63,847 nt of DNA, filler included, from Dugesia japonica (GCA_001938525.1; 6 parts of 6 records of this genome joined end to end with filler, not necessarily neighbours in it); one strand, 5' to 3'; shown: positions 13,977 to 26,399, numbered from the whole stretch's first letter. Numbers and translations: made by a program. The notes: generated from the sequence alone by a model not told the origin.

Positions 13977-14320
13977 GTTATCATATTACTTATTTCTGAT
14001 GGAATCCTATTTGTTATACTGGATGGTAATATGTTTGCTACTTTTGGAATAATATCGGTTACTCCACTAGGTAACGAAGACACTACATTACCAAGTTCTG
14101 CCAATGCATTACATTTCAATGTTGGTAATATTTTTCCATTATTGGCTATAACATCTTGAGCAGTTTTCATACCAAAACTACCAATACGTTTCAGAATAGG
14201 AAGCGCAAATATACCTATTGTTCGCAACCAGCCGGGGCCTTACTGATTTCCGACAAAGTAAGGCAATTTTCCACTTGCTTGGCTTTTACTGTACAATGAT
14301 ATAATATCAAGATTAGACAT
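13977..14320 (-). pseudogene. Small amphipathic virion protein between penton and MCP (QxGxG type, adintovirus 'GasderminX'-like)
   Basis: MSNLDIISLYSKSQASGKLPYFVGNQ*GPGWLRTIGIFALPILKRIGSFG. The ATG overlaps the penton stop (TAATG at 14322-14318). Confidence 0.7.
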
Positions 14321-15418
14321 TAGTTTTTCTAAAATGTAAAGTTAAATGTCTTTTTGAATCTTTTGGAAACTTGATTAATTTTCCGTTATCATCGCAAATA
14401 TTAATTTCTATATTGTTTATAAATGTTGTTGCGATCGGTAAATACATTGGATTATCAACTATTATTTGTACTACTTCATCAGTTTCATATTTTTCTNNNN
14501 NNNNNNNNNNNNNNNNNNNNNNNNNNNNNNNNNNNNNNNNNNNNNNNNNNNNNNNNNNNNNNNNNNNNNNNNNNNNNNNNNNNNNNNNNNNNNNNNNNNN
14601 NNNNNNNNTCTAATACCTTGCAATATACCATCTTTTAATTCTGAATGTGAATATTTTTGTTTTTCGAATCCCAATGTTTTTGCCAAGACCTTATCGAATG
14701 TAACAGTTTTGATATCATTTCCTAGTGTCATTTGAAATAGATTATTTGATTTCAGACTAATTGTATAAAATAGATCAAAACAAGTTTCTGTTAAATATTT
14801 ACATAATTCTTCAATTTCTGTTATGTATAATTCATCTTTAAACTGTATAGTATTATAAATTACTTGATTATATTCTATTTTAAATTTTACATATTCCATT
14901 GGAGAATCTTCTTTATATGCTGTATACAGAATAGGAAAATATCCGGGTTCCATTTAGTTAATCTTATATGAGAATCCTAATCTATTTGCAGTTATTTCAT
15001 TTTCAAATATGGCAACATATGGATATTTACATTTAATAGTTAAATATCCATTAGGAGTTGGAATGACTTTTAATTCTTGCTCATAAAATTTTCCTTGTAT
15101 GATATTATTCTCATAATCTATTGCTGTATAGACATTATTATTATCTTGACTTAAACTCAAGGATTGTTTTTTGTGATCAATTATAACAGTTATTTCGTTT
15201 GTTATATTTTTTGTAGACATGTATTTAATTTTAGATTTGCTATATAATGGAAATGTTTGATATACAAAGGTAAAATCCAACAATGCCACCTCTTAACTAC
15301 CATCCATATAAATCGGATTTTGAAGCTCAACAATGAATTTACTAGCATTATTATTCGGATGAATAAGATGACAGGTATTACTAGGTAAAAGTGTATAGAA
15401 AATATTCGCGTTGTTCAT
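14320..15418 (-). pseudogene. Minor capsid protein (penton)
   Basis: N-terminus FYTLLPSN..HPNNNASKFIVELQNPI..GS*EVALLDF. C-terminus NPMYLPI..INNIEINICDDNGKLIKF..LTLHFRK. Internal stops. Confidence 0.88.
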
Positions 15419-15437
15419 TATTAACTAACTGTGATGC

Positions 15438-16442
15438 TTATATCCAGGTAGGTTTTTGATATCCATGCCATTTTACATAATATTGTTTTTTCCTTTTTGT
15501 TCCTTTCGATTTTATTATTTTTTTGATTCTATATGTAGTAGGAGGTGCAATGACTTGTAATTCTAGCTCATAAAACCTTTCTTGTATAATATTATTCTCA
15601 TAATCTTTAATTACGTACATGACTGGATTTTGTTTGGTATTGATTTTCGATATTTAAAGCACTTCATCACTCCAATTACTATCAAAGTTTTTAATGAATG
15701 GAGATGCGCTTATTTTTGAGATTCTAACATGGTCATCGACTTTATATTTTGGTTTCTTATTTGCTTTGCTTTGATTACGCGATAACTATAATTTTACTTC
15801 ATTATTTGAACTTAAATCAACCGGTCTTGCTCCATTTAAACCTTTATAACTTGAATGATTATAACTATTAATCGATTTTGACAACACATTTATCCAGGTT
15901 TTATTGCCACTATGCACAAAGTATTTTTTCAAAGCATCTCTTAATTTAAGATTAAATCGCTCTACATGTGCTGCTTTATACTGAGAGAATAAAGTATAAT
16001 GGTTTATGGATATATGTGATAAAAGATTTTTGACTTTAGAGTTGTAAAATTCCTTACCTAAATCAGTTTGCAAATTATCCGGATGTCCATCTTTAAACAT
16101 TGATTTAATGGCCGGTTCCATATCATTTGCGGATTTCGATTTGACGGTAATAGCTCTTGCAAATCGACTGAATACATCAATATATGTCAAAATATATTTG
16201 ATTTCTTTATTTATTTTTGAATACGGGATCATCTCTATCAAATTCATTTGACATAAATCATCAATTCCAAACGTTTTGTATGCTCTTTTCAAAATTGGTT
16301 TGTTCAAACTGTACGCCAGTTGACTCGATAACCACTTTTTTGTCTTGGTTTTGGTTTTTTGTGCTGCTTACATTAATTTTTCTACGCCACTAAAACCTGC
16401 GGGATTTTTTGCGTCTGTCCAAATCGTCTTCAGCTTGCCCAT
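15438..16442 (-). pseudogene. int: Polinton retroviral-like (rve) integrase with C-terminal chromodomain
   Basis: NPAGFSG..WLSSQLAYSLNKP, YIDVFSRF, LQTDLGKEF, KAAHVERFN, YKVDDHVRISK and YYVKWHGY. Stops present. Confidence 0.93.
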
Positions 16443-16552
16443 TACAACAATTAGATGAAAACTTTAAATCAAAATTAGGTTATGATTGTAAACTGCCCAT
16501 TGTTTATTTAGGATGAATTTATAATAACATTTTCTATAAAACCAACAATTAT

Positions 16553-16882
16553 TTATTTGAAATGAGTTAATCCCAGTGCTGCTAATGTAATTGGTAGTAA
16601 TGCTGCTATAAAGCCACCTATTTGATTATCTCGTATTACTCGTCTCATTAATTTCTTATTTTTTATATTTTCAAGTGTTAATAGTGTTCTTTAATGTTTT
16701 TTCAATACTTCTTTTCTAGCGTTGTTCACATTTACATTTCCGCGAACAATATTTATAATAATTTCAATTAAATCATCCATAACAAAGGTTGGAAATGATT
16801 TCAAAATTTGCATTCTTGCCGATTTTCACGATTTAATTAATGATCTAAAAAATATAATACTTCTTTGAATTTTTATTTTATA
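16553..16882 (-). pseudogene. Putative core protein with xxGG/F protease site (adintovirus 'cupiennin'-like)
   Basis: DDLIEIIINIVRGNV...KKLMRRVIRDNQIGGFIAALLPITLAAL. Not in the ORF track because of two stops. A homolog lies at 47996-48300. Confidence 0.72.
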
Positions 16883-16908
16883 TTTTAATATAACTTACGT
16901 GTATTTGT

Positions 16909-17112
16909 TTATAATGATTTCCATTTTCCGTTTACGTTAGTCATTTTCTTACCATACAGTTTTGAAAGTTTCTTAAAAATGTTTAACTGTTTCCTTTGTT
17001 TTCTCTTTTCACCCTTTTTCTTTTTTACAATACACTTTTTTGTTTGTTTACCTTTTTTCATTTTAGGAATACCTTTTATCTGATTAACTACAATTTTCTT
17101 AAATTTCGCCAT
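16909..17112 (-). CDS. Small Lys-rich protein, putative DNA-condensing core protein
   Basis: 67-aa MAKFKKIVVNQIKGIPKMKKGKQTKK... from the ATG at 17112, located between the ATPase and the GGF protein. Confidence 0.55.
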   Translation of the reverse strand: MAKFKKIVVNQIKGIPKMKKGKQTKKCIVKKKKGEKRKQRKQLNIFKKLSKLYGKKMTNVNGKWKSL

Positions 17113-17124
17113 TTTAAAATATAA

Positions 17125-17746
17125 TAATAACTTAGTTTGTTTATACACAGTAACACCATCAGGATTGAAAATATCGGTACTCACCCACTGGACATTGTTG
17201 TGTAAAGTCGAGAAAAGTATAACCATGTGGATTTATTGTTGCATCTTGAAATGATTCAATAAGAAATTGTCGATTATTAGGATAAGCCTGTCTTGCCAGA
17301 AAATCAACAACTGTTTGATCTCTCATATTTTTAAATAGAACCAAGTATTGTACATTTAAATTACGTGTCCTATGACTTCCATCTTGATGGAATAAATTTT
17401 GAGTAATGAATATAACAGTCACATTACAATGTCTGCTTATTTTGGTAAATAAATTATTAAAGTCCTTTTCTTTGTTTGCCTCCTAATAAAGATCATCTAC
17501 TACGATAACATCACCCGGCTTCAATCTCTTGCTCCAATAAGAATCAAATTCCTTTATAAATTTCATTTTAATGTTGCAAAATTCTGATTGTGTCAACCCA
17601 TGCTCTTCATCTGCACCTCTGTGCCAANNNNNNNNNNNNNNNNNNNNNNNNNNNNNNNNNGATTTTAGTAACTTGCATACAAATAAGGTTTTCCCACTAC
17701 CACTTGGACCAACAATTTGATAAACAGCATCATTCCTCAACTCCAT
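17125..17746 (-). pseudogene. FtsK/A32-like genome packaging ATPase
   Basis: Walker A IVGPSGSGKT, Walker B VIVVDDL, FTKISRH and IFITQNLF..RNLNVQYLVLFKN. One stop and one frameshift. Confidence 0.93.
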
Positions 17747-17872
17747 TTTATATAGATTTAATTTAAAACATTGTTTATAATACTATTTGTCTTTGTTTAA
17801 ATGAATCAAGTAATTTTATTTCTGGAAAAGATGTATATATACACACTCTCATTTATTAAAAAATCAATAATA

Positions 17873-18298
17873 ATGTTAGTTAATATTAATTACAAAGGTA
17901 AAGTGTCGCAAGATTTAACAAACAAAATGAAGTTTACTATCGGTAAACCTTCTTAATATGTTGACAAAAGTGGAAAATATACATTGATATTCTTTAAATC
18001 AGGAAATTGTGGAATAATGGGATGTAAAAAACCGTTGGAAAGGGACAAATTGCAGTATGATATAAAAGATATTTGTTTGCAATCATAAACAATTGTAATC
18101 AATTTGTATAAATTAGCAAAAACAACAAAATGCTGGTTTGAACCAGAATTGTTTCCTGCGTTACGACTTACAAAGTATGATCATGTATGTGTAAACGTAT
18201 TTTCATCAGGAAAAATTGTAATACTAGGTATAAAAATTTTACACTATCAAGGATATGATGATAATATAATTTCTGATTTATTTTATTTAATTGTTTAA
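17873..18298 (+). pseudogene. Divergent TATA-binding protein (TBP)-like gene, intronless, 141 codons with 2 in-frame stops
   Basis: Repeat 1 TLIFFKSGNCGIMGCK resembles TBP TALIFSSGKMVCTGAK. Repeat 2 WFEPELFPALRL..VCVNVFSSGKIVILGIK resembles YEPELFPGLIY..VLLIFVSGKVVLTGAK. Confidence 0.85.
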
Positions 18299-18479
18299 TT
18301 GCAAAACATGAATGCACAGTCAAGCAATATGAATGCAAGTATAACAAGGCATTTCATGTTTGATCATTACTTGTTTTTCATTGGTCGATTTTAATTGGTC
18401 GATTTGTGTTAAATAGAGAATTGTATATAAAACATTAAATATTTCATTTTAATCAGTTGTTAATTTTTAAAAAACTAAA

Positions 18480-18777
18480 ATGACCACAATTCGAATCAAA
18501 GATATCAGAAAAACGTGTATGGAATCCGCTGATTCAGATGATCAGGAGGATTTGATAAATGAAATAGGTACGTATTTTATTTTTATTTATTCATTATTTA
18601 TAATTTTATTTTCCAGATATTATCGAAATTATTTTATTACGGAAAAGAATTACGCTGAAAAAAGAAAATTATGACGCAGTTCTGGGAGAATATCACAAGG
18701 CAATATATCTCCGCGCTCATTGTGAGTGCTGCCGATGTAGATATAATCTACTAGAAAATATAATCAATATGTATTAA
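18480..18777 (+). CDS. Intact spliced 82-aa protein with acidic N-terminus and C-terminal Cys cluster
   Basis: Exons 18480-18567 and 18617-18777 with a phase-1 GT-AG intron. Ends ..LRAHCECCRCRYNLLENIINMY*. Upstream are ATTGG boxes, GTATATAAAA and TCAGT. Confidence 0.62.
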
Positions 18778-18805
18778 TAAATGTTATTTCTAAAATTACT
18801 TCTTT

Positions 18806-18905
18806 NNNNNNNNNNNNNNNNNNNNNNNNNNNNNNNNNNNNNNNNNNNNTTAATTAATTAANNNNNNNNNNNNNNNNNNNNNNNNNNNNNNNNNNNNNNN
18901 NNNNN
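18806..18905. other. Artificial contig linker
   Basis: N44-TTAATTAATTAA-N44. Confidence 0.97.
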
Positions 18906-19590
18906 TCTTTCTTTTTCTGAAGCTAATGGACATTTCCTATGAGCTAATTTTGCTGCATCATCTTTATATTGTATATCAACATTTAAAGGATAACCTAAAT
19001 TAAACTCGTTATTATGTATTTCTTTTGCTTTATTAAACATGAATGATTATGTTTGTATTGGATTTCAATTCATAAAATCAATTGCTTCTCTCCAAGCTTG
19101 TTCAAAATTATTTTAAGGTAAAAGTTGACTCATTGAATGACCGTATAAATTATTTGTATCGATATATAATAAAAAAATGGATTCTAAAAACTCTTAAAGT
19201 TTAATTGTATTTTTTCCAGACATTTTAAAATCATTTAATATATTTTGAAATTCTATTTCATCTGAATAACTATAATATTCAAAATTTCTATTAGTATATT
19301 TATTATTTGCTTTAATATATCTATCTCCTAGTGCCGTAGATATTCCTCCTCTTATTCCTCTTTCAAAGAATTCGAATAATTCCTGCATTTGTAATAAATC
19401 TAATGTAATTTCAGANTGTTTTAAACCTTTTTTCCAGGTTAAAGCGGAAGCTGAGACAAAATAAATTGGATGTAATTCATTTATAGCTCTAAATTTTTCT
19501 ATTGCATCAGCCATAATAAGTCTACTTTATTATATAGGATTGAATAATAACGGAAATTTCGACATTTAAATATTCGATAAGCGTCTTTAA
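18906..19590 (-). pseudogene. polB: pPolB fragment (diverged from the 9750-11250 copy)
   Basis: ADAIEKFR..LHPIYFVSASALTW, FFERGIRGGIS..YIKANNKY, LLYIDTNNLYGHSMSQLLP and GYPLNVDIQY. Confidence 0.9.
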
Positions 19591-20059
19591 ATTTTTTTTC
19601 TTGTCCCGTTGTTTTAGGGTTACATAGAGAAAAGTTATTCCCCCTTAACACTTTCCAGGTTAATTGACCTTTCTTTTTGTGTACTTATTAATAAAAATTT
19701 TCTCTAATTTATTTCTATTAATTTTAATTAATTTAAATAAATTTTTTAATTTCTTAATTATAACTAGCCATAATTCTTCCTTTTACTGGTCTTAATTATT
19801 TTCCGTATTATTTATAATTATTTTCGGAATTTCTTCGTAATTAATTCTAATTTAATTATTGGTAATCATATTTTTTTCTAATTAATTCAAAATTATTATT
19901 GATTGCTAGCCTATCTCATTGTTGGGGGTCCCCTTGTATTATTTCTTCTTTATATGTTTATTTATTCATAATTTTGGGATCCCTTCTTACTTTACTTCTT
20001 ATACTCGGTGTTTCACTCCAACATATATACGGAAAAGTTCCACACTTTAATGATTTTTC

Positions 20060-20400
20060 ACTTTGAATATTTTATCAGGTAAATATCTCAATGACTCCCC
20101 TCTTTAAATATTTTTAATAGATATATTTTTGATAATATAAATATCTCAAAGACTACCCTCTTTGAATATTTTATCATGTTAATTAAATTAAATTTAAATT
20201 AATTAATTTTAATTAACTAATTTTAATTAAATTATTTAAATTTTAGACTGTCCGGAGCATATATAAAAATATTAAGACTGCCAAATCTCTTGCAATAAAA
20301 ATCAATACTTTCTAGTCTCATACATGAATACCAGAACTGCCAAATCTAATACATAAATATTTAGACTGCTGAAATTTACATCTATTTTCAATAAAATATC
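20060..20400 (+). repeat. Partial copy of the subterminal repeat stack (tiers C and E)
   Basis: aatatctcaaagactaccctctttgaatattt units followed by aagactgcc units, homologous to 29350-29570 and 29920-30065. Confidence 0.7.
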
Positions 20401-21510
20401 ATTTTAATTAAAATTATCATTCTTCATTTAGAAATGTTGGGGTGGAACACCCGTTAAAAGAGAAGAAGATAAAAAAGCCGAACCAACGGAAAGGAACGGC
20501 AAGACCTTTATCAATATTGAAACATAAAAGGCAATGCATGGAATCAACAGCAAAAAAGAATAAAATCGAAGACAAACACGGAGAACCAAGCAAAGAAAAC
20601 TAGCAGATATCAATATTCCAAATTAAGAAGAATTATTAAATAATAATAAAAACCAAGAAAATCGGTATGAAAGTAATCAATTAACAGAAGAAAAATAATA
20701 ATTAATTCTAAATAAAAAAAAGAAGCGAAATTAACAAAAAATTCGTTTTACCCGAATAACTTCACTCAGGGAAATCAGAAAGAAGCAGGATAAGAAAATA
20801 CAGAAAGAAAATATCAAGATGCAGTTGGAATTACTAAGAAGAAAAACTTACCACCTTCCAGAGGGTTGCTGCAGGGTCCTCAAGATCGGACCAATAGGAG
20901 ATCTAAAAATAAAAATATAACAAAGAACAAAAGCTCACCTGATAATCCAAAAATAACTGCCAACGGAATCACAGAAAAATCCATGAAATTTCAGAGAAAT
21001 GGCACCAACGCCAATAAAAATCCGTGATTTCAAACTAAAAATAAAAAACCAATAGGAATGATGCCGGAGTGTATGAGAAAACCGTATTTAAGGAACCCTT
21101 ATTTTTGTAGAATAACTCTAACATTTTTAACAATATTTGCATTGGTAATCTACGTCAACGGAATAATTTATTAACTTAAAAACACCTACCGGATCGTGCT
21201 AAAAAAATTTCTGTGAATAGGAGAAACTGCAATAATACCTAGTCAAAGGAAATCACAAAAGGAACCCGAAAAGAAAAAAATTAATCGAGGATCGACCATT
21301 TAAATCCCCCACCAATCATTTGATACCCGAAATTCGTTTAGTACCCGTTGCAGAAGACGAAAACTTTTTAAAAAGTAAGCAGGTGTTATTTTATTTCGAT
21401 GTTAAAGTTTTATTACAATTTTGTTGTATAATTAGTTATAAATAAATCAACATTTGAAATTAATTTTCTATTTAAATTGTTAAATGATTACTTACAGAAA
21501 ACATATATAT

Positions 21511-22353
21511 TTAATTTATTTCAAGACGCGACCAGGTGGGACGATCCGAGAGGTACATAGAATTGCCTAATTCATCATCATGCCACATCCAGTAGGTAAT
21601 TCCTATCCAATACCACCGATAAATCTCCCTCATTTTCTTATATGATCGTGCATGATTTAAATTAGCTAGTGCATCGAATTCACGAAAACTCAAATAATAG
21701 GGATTATATGATAATTGTTGCTTTTTATAATAGTTTACCAAAGTGGTAAATTCCATAATTCCTATCACATAGTGGAATTCCCTTTTATTTACCAAGCAAA
21801 AATAGCCGCCAATGAAATGTTGCTTAAAATTTTAGACGTAGTTGTTATTACAAAAAACTATCAAATTAATTCTTATCAATATGTTCATAATTACGATGAC
21901 TAAGTCATAAACCCAAACACACCATTAACTACACAGCCACACATGCTGGTATGATCAATCAACCCTCTTGACGTTGCTGGGCAACACTTAATCGCGACAA
22001 TTCAAATTATCAAATTCATAGTAATTAATGACGATATTAAATTCAGTGGCTGGTGGAATTAGTCCTTGTCTATTCTCACCAGAATCTTGTATTAATATTA
22101 CTATCATTATTACTCTTGTAGTATTATTATCACCCTCATCCTTAACAATATGATTATTATTAATATTCGTGTTATCACTATTATTATTAATATTATTATT
22201 ATTCTCATCTTTAAGGTCAGTGTCGTTATTATTGCAACCGTTATTACTATTAATATTGGTATTATTGGCAGTAGTCTTATTAAAATCATTATCATTATTA
22301 TGATTGCTATTATCCTCCGTATGACAACTGTTATTATTATTATCACGATTCAT
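21511..22353 (-). pseudogene. Unknown protein, Asn-rich N-terminus and aromatic-rich C-terminus, stop-interrupted
   Basis: ORFs 21988-22353 and 21511-21795 share one frame and are separated by stops. No family recognised. Confidence 0.4.
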
Positions 22354-22912
22354 GTAGTAACATTGATAATGTTATTATTAAATCAGCACCTTCCTGCAAT
22401 CGCGATGTTGATGATGTTATCAAAGATACTGCAAAATATCAAGTGGATTTTAAAAAAAAAATTTTTGTTAAAAATTATTCTCGTAAAGGGAAATGATTGC
22501 AGTAGAGAATTTGTGAAAAAGGAAAAATTGTATATTTTCAGAGAAAAAATATAGTTCTCAGTTTTACTTTTTGATTCTAAGTTTAAACTCATTTCACCAA
22601 TTTTTNGNGTAAACGCGGGGGTTATTTAGATTGTTAAGAAATATGCTATGGGGAGTTAAGGAACCCTCCGGTTCGGAGGATGCCGAAAACTCAGCCCCTG
22701 CCGAAAACAATACTCCGAACCCTTAATGGACAATGTGTGTGAACTAATTCGTTAATAAATGAATGCTTTAGTTAGTCTAAATAAATTTTCTTCAATTATT
22801 AGTTTGAGTAGATAGGCAACTTTAAAAATCATAAAAAAAATTTTTTTTTTTAGTAACGATGTATAAATGTCAGTAATCCTGAGATAAAAGCTATTACCAT
22901 ATTTTATTTTAG

Positions 22913-23271
22913 TGCATTCCTCCTTAAATCGTTCCACCACTCCTACCAAAAAAATTTGAGACACTAGTGAGGACAGCGAACTCACTTGGGACTTATATCG
23001 TCTAGCCAAACGACGCTGGGAAGCCGACGTAGCAGCTGCCAGTAGTAAAGTCCTCCGTTATAAAAAGAAATGTGTTCTCTACAAAAACGAAGCAGAGGCC
23101 TCCCACCTACAAGAACGTACCTGGAAAAAGCAGGTGGAATCTTTTTCGGAAATTATCCGATCCAACCATGACCGAGAAAATAATCTGGTCAGTGATATCA
23201 TGCGACTCCGGGAGAGAATTCCGCTCGAACCTTTAATGATCGACAAAGGCACCCAGACGCCGCGGAGCTAG
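22913..23271 (+). pseudogene. Terminal exon encoding a helical/coiled-coil protein ending in an LC8-type KGTQT motif
   Basis: Acceptor TTTTAG at 22907-22912. Open frame of 103 codons at 22960-23271 ending ..PLMIDKGTQTPRS*, with AATAAA downstream. GC-richer than the flanks. Confidence 0.5.
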
Positions 23272-24339
23272 CTACGTTCATGCTTTATAAATAAATTCGT
23301 TAATTGTCTTATTTTGTGTAATTTGTTAAAATATCAATTTTCATTGAAGATTTTGTAAATTAGCATTAACATCGTTTATTTTAGTGCCTCACATCAATTT
23401 CCCTAACAAACAATAAAATACACACTAACGTAATCCACAATAGTCAAATGTTTTAAAATGAAAATCAGGTATCTGACAATAAATATTAAATCAAAAGTAT
23501 TAATAAATTGAGACCTCAGTATAAACCGGCAATTAATAATAATTAATTATTAAATAATTACCAAATTTTTCATGATTTTTATTTAACAATTTATTTCAGA
23601 ATATAAATTATAAACCATGATTAAAAGAAATTAACAAAATATTATTTGTAATTATCAAGATTCAGATATTTAGAATTAATTAAAAGTACAAATAATAACA
23701 TAAATTGTTTGAGAGTAGTAGATAACAGGTTCTAACACGAATTCATCGTAAAAATGTTTTTAGTTAAAATCTAACGTGTCTACATCAAACTGAGTAATTG
23801 ATTTATGAAGTTTATTCAACTTCAAATTTATTTGACAATCACAAGATAACAAAGATAATAAAATAATTAAAAGAAGCGGTGTCTATTAGTTTTGAAAATC
23901 GTTATCATTTTTTCTTTCAGTTTAATTAATACTTTACATAGTTTAATTAAATAATTTTTTTGTTTCTCGTTTTTTATAGTTTACGATAATTTAATACAAA
24001 ATAATATTTAATTAATCAATTAATTTATTGCCAAATTTTTTAAATTAATGGTTTGTTCGTTTTTGCCATATATTAATAGTAATATATATTAATAATAAAA
24101 ATATTGGTAATAATGGAGGCGTAGCACTAATGCAAATTTAGTGCAGCTAAAGTAACTAATATTAAATTGATAGAAACAATAAAATTTTTTAAATAACTGC
24201 TTACATTTGTGGACCAGACTAGTTAATGGATTAATTAATACTAATTGAATTGCAAATTCTTTTCTAAATTAAATGGGTTACTTTTTGACTTGTTTCAAGT
24301 TAGATCATTAGTACGCAAATTAGCACAACAGACAATGAC

Positions 24340-25262
24340 TAGTGTGTTACTTTTCCCGACATTTTTGACTCCTGAATCCCGGGGTTTCACTATTATTAAT
24401 TTCTACAATAAAAGATTTTGGGTTTTGTTTGTTTAAAATCAGAACAAAAATCATAAACATGTTTATTTAAATTTTTTTAGGGAGAATTTAATAAAAATAT
24501 GAATAATATATTAAATTTCATTCAATCATATCAAATCACTAAAGTTTGATTTAAATATAAAAAATTAATAACAAAACAAACAATAAAAAATTTTAATGGA
24601 TTTAATTCATTTAAATTTGATTTATTTAAGGAAAAAAAAATTAAAAATTATGGTACCTATTGACTATTGAGTACCTCACCTAGTATGGTACCTATTGTGT
24701 GTGTCCTACTTTAGTTNNNNNNNNNNNNNNNNNNNNNNNNNNNNNNNNNNNNNNNNNNNNNNNNNNNNAAAATAATAAAATATATATAAAATGAATATAT
24801 ATTTTATTCTTTTTATGAATTTCCATAAAATAAGTTTTAAGGAAACATAGTTTATTAATTAACTTGTCGGTTAAATTTAATCGTTTTTTGGAGCAAAAAT
24901 TTGACGAAGTAGAGAACACTGGTTTGCTCTTCGTAGATGTTGGTTGAATAGAATTAAGAGCATTAAATTTTTTTTCTAAATTTGGTGTCATCTTACCAGT
25001 GCCTTCAAACAACAACAATTCTTTCCTCAATATTTGGTTCAAGTTCATAGTAATAGTAGTTGGAGTAGGTACACAATTTTTTCGATTCTTCAATTGCAAT
25101 TTTTAATCTTCTTTTTAATTCTTCTTCTAGCTCTGAAGTCGAAATCGATTTCGATATAATATCACTAGTAATAACCATTTCATTTTCATCACCATTCCCG
25201 GGTTTCGGGAAATGCAAAACTAAGTAATTTCCAGGTAAATTTATATCGGGAGTAACACACTA
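24340..25262 (-). mobile_element. Internally deleted hAT DNA transposon
   Basis: 12-bp TIRs TAGTGTGTTACT (24340-24351) and AGTAACACACTA (25251-25262). 8-bp TSD ACAATGAC/ATAATGAC. Dimerisation-domain remnant IQPTSTKSKPVFS..KRLNLTDKLINKLCFLK. Confidence 0.9.
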
Positions 25263-26399
25263 ATAATGACTGGCTCACAGCAAAGGTTTTATAAATTATT
25301 GCAGTACATACATATTATAGAGGTATTAATTTAAAGTTTAAATGATTGTTAATTTCATGTAAATTTTAATTTGTATAGAAAATTAATGTAATCATTAAAC
25401 CTTCTGAAGATTTCAAAAGAGAAAAAATGTCTTAATGACACAAAAATAAATTTAATTAAAATTCACCGTTATTTTAAAAGAACTAATGTAATAATAAAGT
25501 TTTGGATCGAATTATAGTAAATTTATGANNNNNNNNNNNNNNNNNNNNNNNNNNNNNNNNNNNNNNNNNNNNNNNNNNNNNNNNNATCTTGGTAATATTG
25601 TAATCCAACATCCCTTTAAAAGAAAAGTAAATGTTAATATTTGTTAAAATTATGTCACTTAATTAATAATTTAATTATTGAAAGTACATTAAATATGAAA
25701 GTTTATCGTTTCTCAAATAATCTATCAAGAACACCAATTTAGTCAACAACCATGTAAACTAAGAATAATTGAATTTATTCAGAAAAATTTAAGAAAGCAA
25801 TAAATAACTGTGTATTTTAGATATTTACAAAATGTTACTAATGAATTATTAAATAAAAAAATATTTTTTTTCAAATTATTTACACTTTTTTTTAATCGAT
25901 TAAATTTCCAGATCATTATGAAGTTTTTAGGCTACTAGAATTTCATTTACAACGCATCATTTTTACGGGTGATATATTGTATTAGAAAGTGCTAATAAGT
26001 TAATTTTTTTGAAAAAATTTTGTTTTCTAAAACAAAAAAGAAAACTTTTATGATTTCCACTTGCATTAGAGCAAAGTTGGTGTTTTCAGATATTTATATA
26101 ATGCGTCAAGTTGAAAAATCATAATTAAATTGATTTAGCCAATTCAAAATATAAATTTTATATATTATTGTAAAATTTTAAAATTATTTTAATATAATCT
26201 AGTATAGACGAGTCTACGATTCTCACTGTAGAATTTAAAAGAGTATTTTAATCTCTGAATATTTATTAAACAAGATTAAGATTTAATTTTGTTTTTTTTA
26301 AACAAATTAAAGAATAATGGTAATTTTTATGTAAATAATTGAACACCATTTTTAAAAATATTTATTAGTTGCGATCAACTTCGACGGATCAACTTCATC

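Larger units (their letters stand above)
9750..18805 (-). mobile_element. Polinton/Maverick (adintovirus-type) endogenous virus, decayed, termini not seen
   Basis: Co-oriented ATPase, basic protein, GGF core-like protein, integrase, penton, QxGxG protein, MCP, adenain and pPolB, plus a divergent TBP-like gene and a spliced gene. Confidence 0.93.

Noticed and set aside
13094-14227. 377-aa ORF as a single fusion protein
   Set aside because: It joins the QxGxG protein and MCP only through N runs, which can hide stops and starts.
17873-18298. Host TBP gene
   Set aside because: It is intronless, lacks an N-terminal extension, is far more diverged than cellular TBPs, has in-frame stops and is embedded among viral genes.
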